Shown: positions 60,762 through 64,000 of the stretch, piece by piece
Numbering within the stretch: the stretch's first letter is position 1
How the letters are laid out: every line of letters starts with the position of its first letter
Assembly: GCA_020137815.1 (NCBI GenBank)
Contig: CM035357.1
Coordinates: forward strand, 1,426,001 to 1,490,000
From: Hormiphora californensis
Lineage: Eukaryota > Animalia > Ctenophora
Length of the DNA stretch: 64,000 bases
Direction of reading: 5' to 3'
Position numbers and translations under genes: made by a program
The notes under the pieces: model-generated
The model's input: only the letters and a program-made list of their open reading frames with translations
Databases searched by the model: none
Told to the model about the DNA's origin: nothing

Positions 60762-61315
60762 TCATGACGTCATATAACATGATGAGGATGACGTGAATCA
60801 TCAATATATCAGATATTCAAGAATTGATTCAAGATGCCACATGGTTTGACAGACTTTTATTTAAAAAGTGCAGCTAGTCTGCAGCAAGTGCGAACATTCG
60901 TTTTGAGAAAAGTTTAGACTCCCAAGTTTAGACTCCCAATATTATTATTTATTTTGAATATTGAATTGAACAGTTACTGTGAGAACAAATGAATAATAGG
61001 AACTGCCGATATGACTGAATCATATATTTTGTCGTCCCCATTTCAATGTAAAGGCACCCTTTCCTCGAGGTTCTGTCAGAGCATTGGAGCGTGCGAGAAC
61101 TGTCATGGTCAGAGCGTTGGCCTGACAGTCGAGGTTACAAGTACAAGTGTATATATAAAGGAGTTGTTTTTAATCTGAATTTATTGTGTTTATAAAACTT
61201 TTTAGAATTCGTTATATCTGCTTTTAATTTTGTGAAATATACAACCGGACCCAACATAATGGAACGTAATCGCCCCATACGTCATCTAGACCTGATTGAG
61301 CCGTCCACGTCGCGT

Positions 61316-61700
<385 letters not shown>

Positions 61701-62303
61701 AGATAGAAATAGAGGGAGAGAGGACAGGGAGAGAGTGGCTGAATTATTCCATATTTGGTAGCGGTTGGGGGTGGTGCTACTGCTGGTCATGTGATCTGGA
61801 GCAGCCAATAATATCAATCGTTAATCATCACGGGATCACGTGCTCTGTTCAGATGGCTCTCTCTTTCTCTCATTTACTTTCCCTTTCCCTGCGGTGAGAG
61901 AAGGAATACAGAGTAAGAGCGATAGAGAGAGAGATCAGAGAAAACGGCAGGAATAATAGTGAGTGGTGAGAGAGTGGTGAGAGAGTGATGAGAGAGTGGT
62001 GAGAGAGTGTTGAGAGAATGAGTGCGTTGTGAGGCGTCAGGGGATTGTGAAGGAGGCGCTCTGTTATCAGCCCATTTCTTTGTGTGTCGTTGTACCTTGT
62101 CGTTATAGATTCGGTTGTTCTAGATTCTGGGTGATGGATTTGTTTGTTTACGATTATGCCATTACCACACGGTGATAGATCGAGTTTGCTAAATCATTGA
62201 GCCAATGAAGACCCGTCGTATACGACAGTTTACTTTTAATTTTATTGCCGACGGTGCTAATAATTGCAAATAATTGATCCCATTTTTAGTTATAATCAAA
62301 ACC

Positions 62304-64000
<1,697 letters not shown>

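Overview
Eukaryotic (animal) genomic DNA with short GT-AG exons, many (GA)n tracts and a 100-N gap at 30920-31019. It is probably a ctenophore (Pleurobrachia-like); this is an inference from my recollection of the 109-bp and 32-bp repeat families and is unverified. Genes assembled by hand: the 3' end of an unidentified + strand gene (5654-6446); a divergent rhodopsin-like 7TM receptor (-, about 9110-16327); ANKLE1/LEM-3 (+, 17163-25528), with an antisense BTB pseudogene in one intron; a Shaker/Kv1-type K+ channel (+, about 37884-60632), whose 8.2-kb intron holds an antisense cluster of intronless RING + TRAF-zinc-finger genes; and the 5' part of a class IIb HDAC (+, 62304 to window end). Repeats include a 456-bp satellite, a 32-bp G-rich minisatellite, a 3-kb foldback element, several long-TIR MITEs, an L2/CR1 LINE fragment and an ORF1-only retroelement. 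Two patterns stand out. (1) A 109-bp hAT-type MITE carrying CCAAT/E-box/CCAAT motifs has 10 copies, 8 of them inside or within 30 nt of coding sequence, and element plus TSD is 117 nt, which preserves frame. (2) Local tandem duplications of splice junctions recur in three genes. All exon coordinates were read manually and may be off by a few bases.
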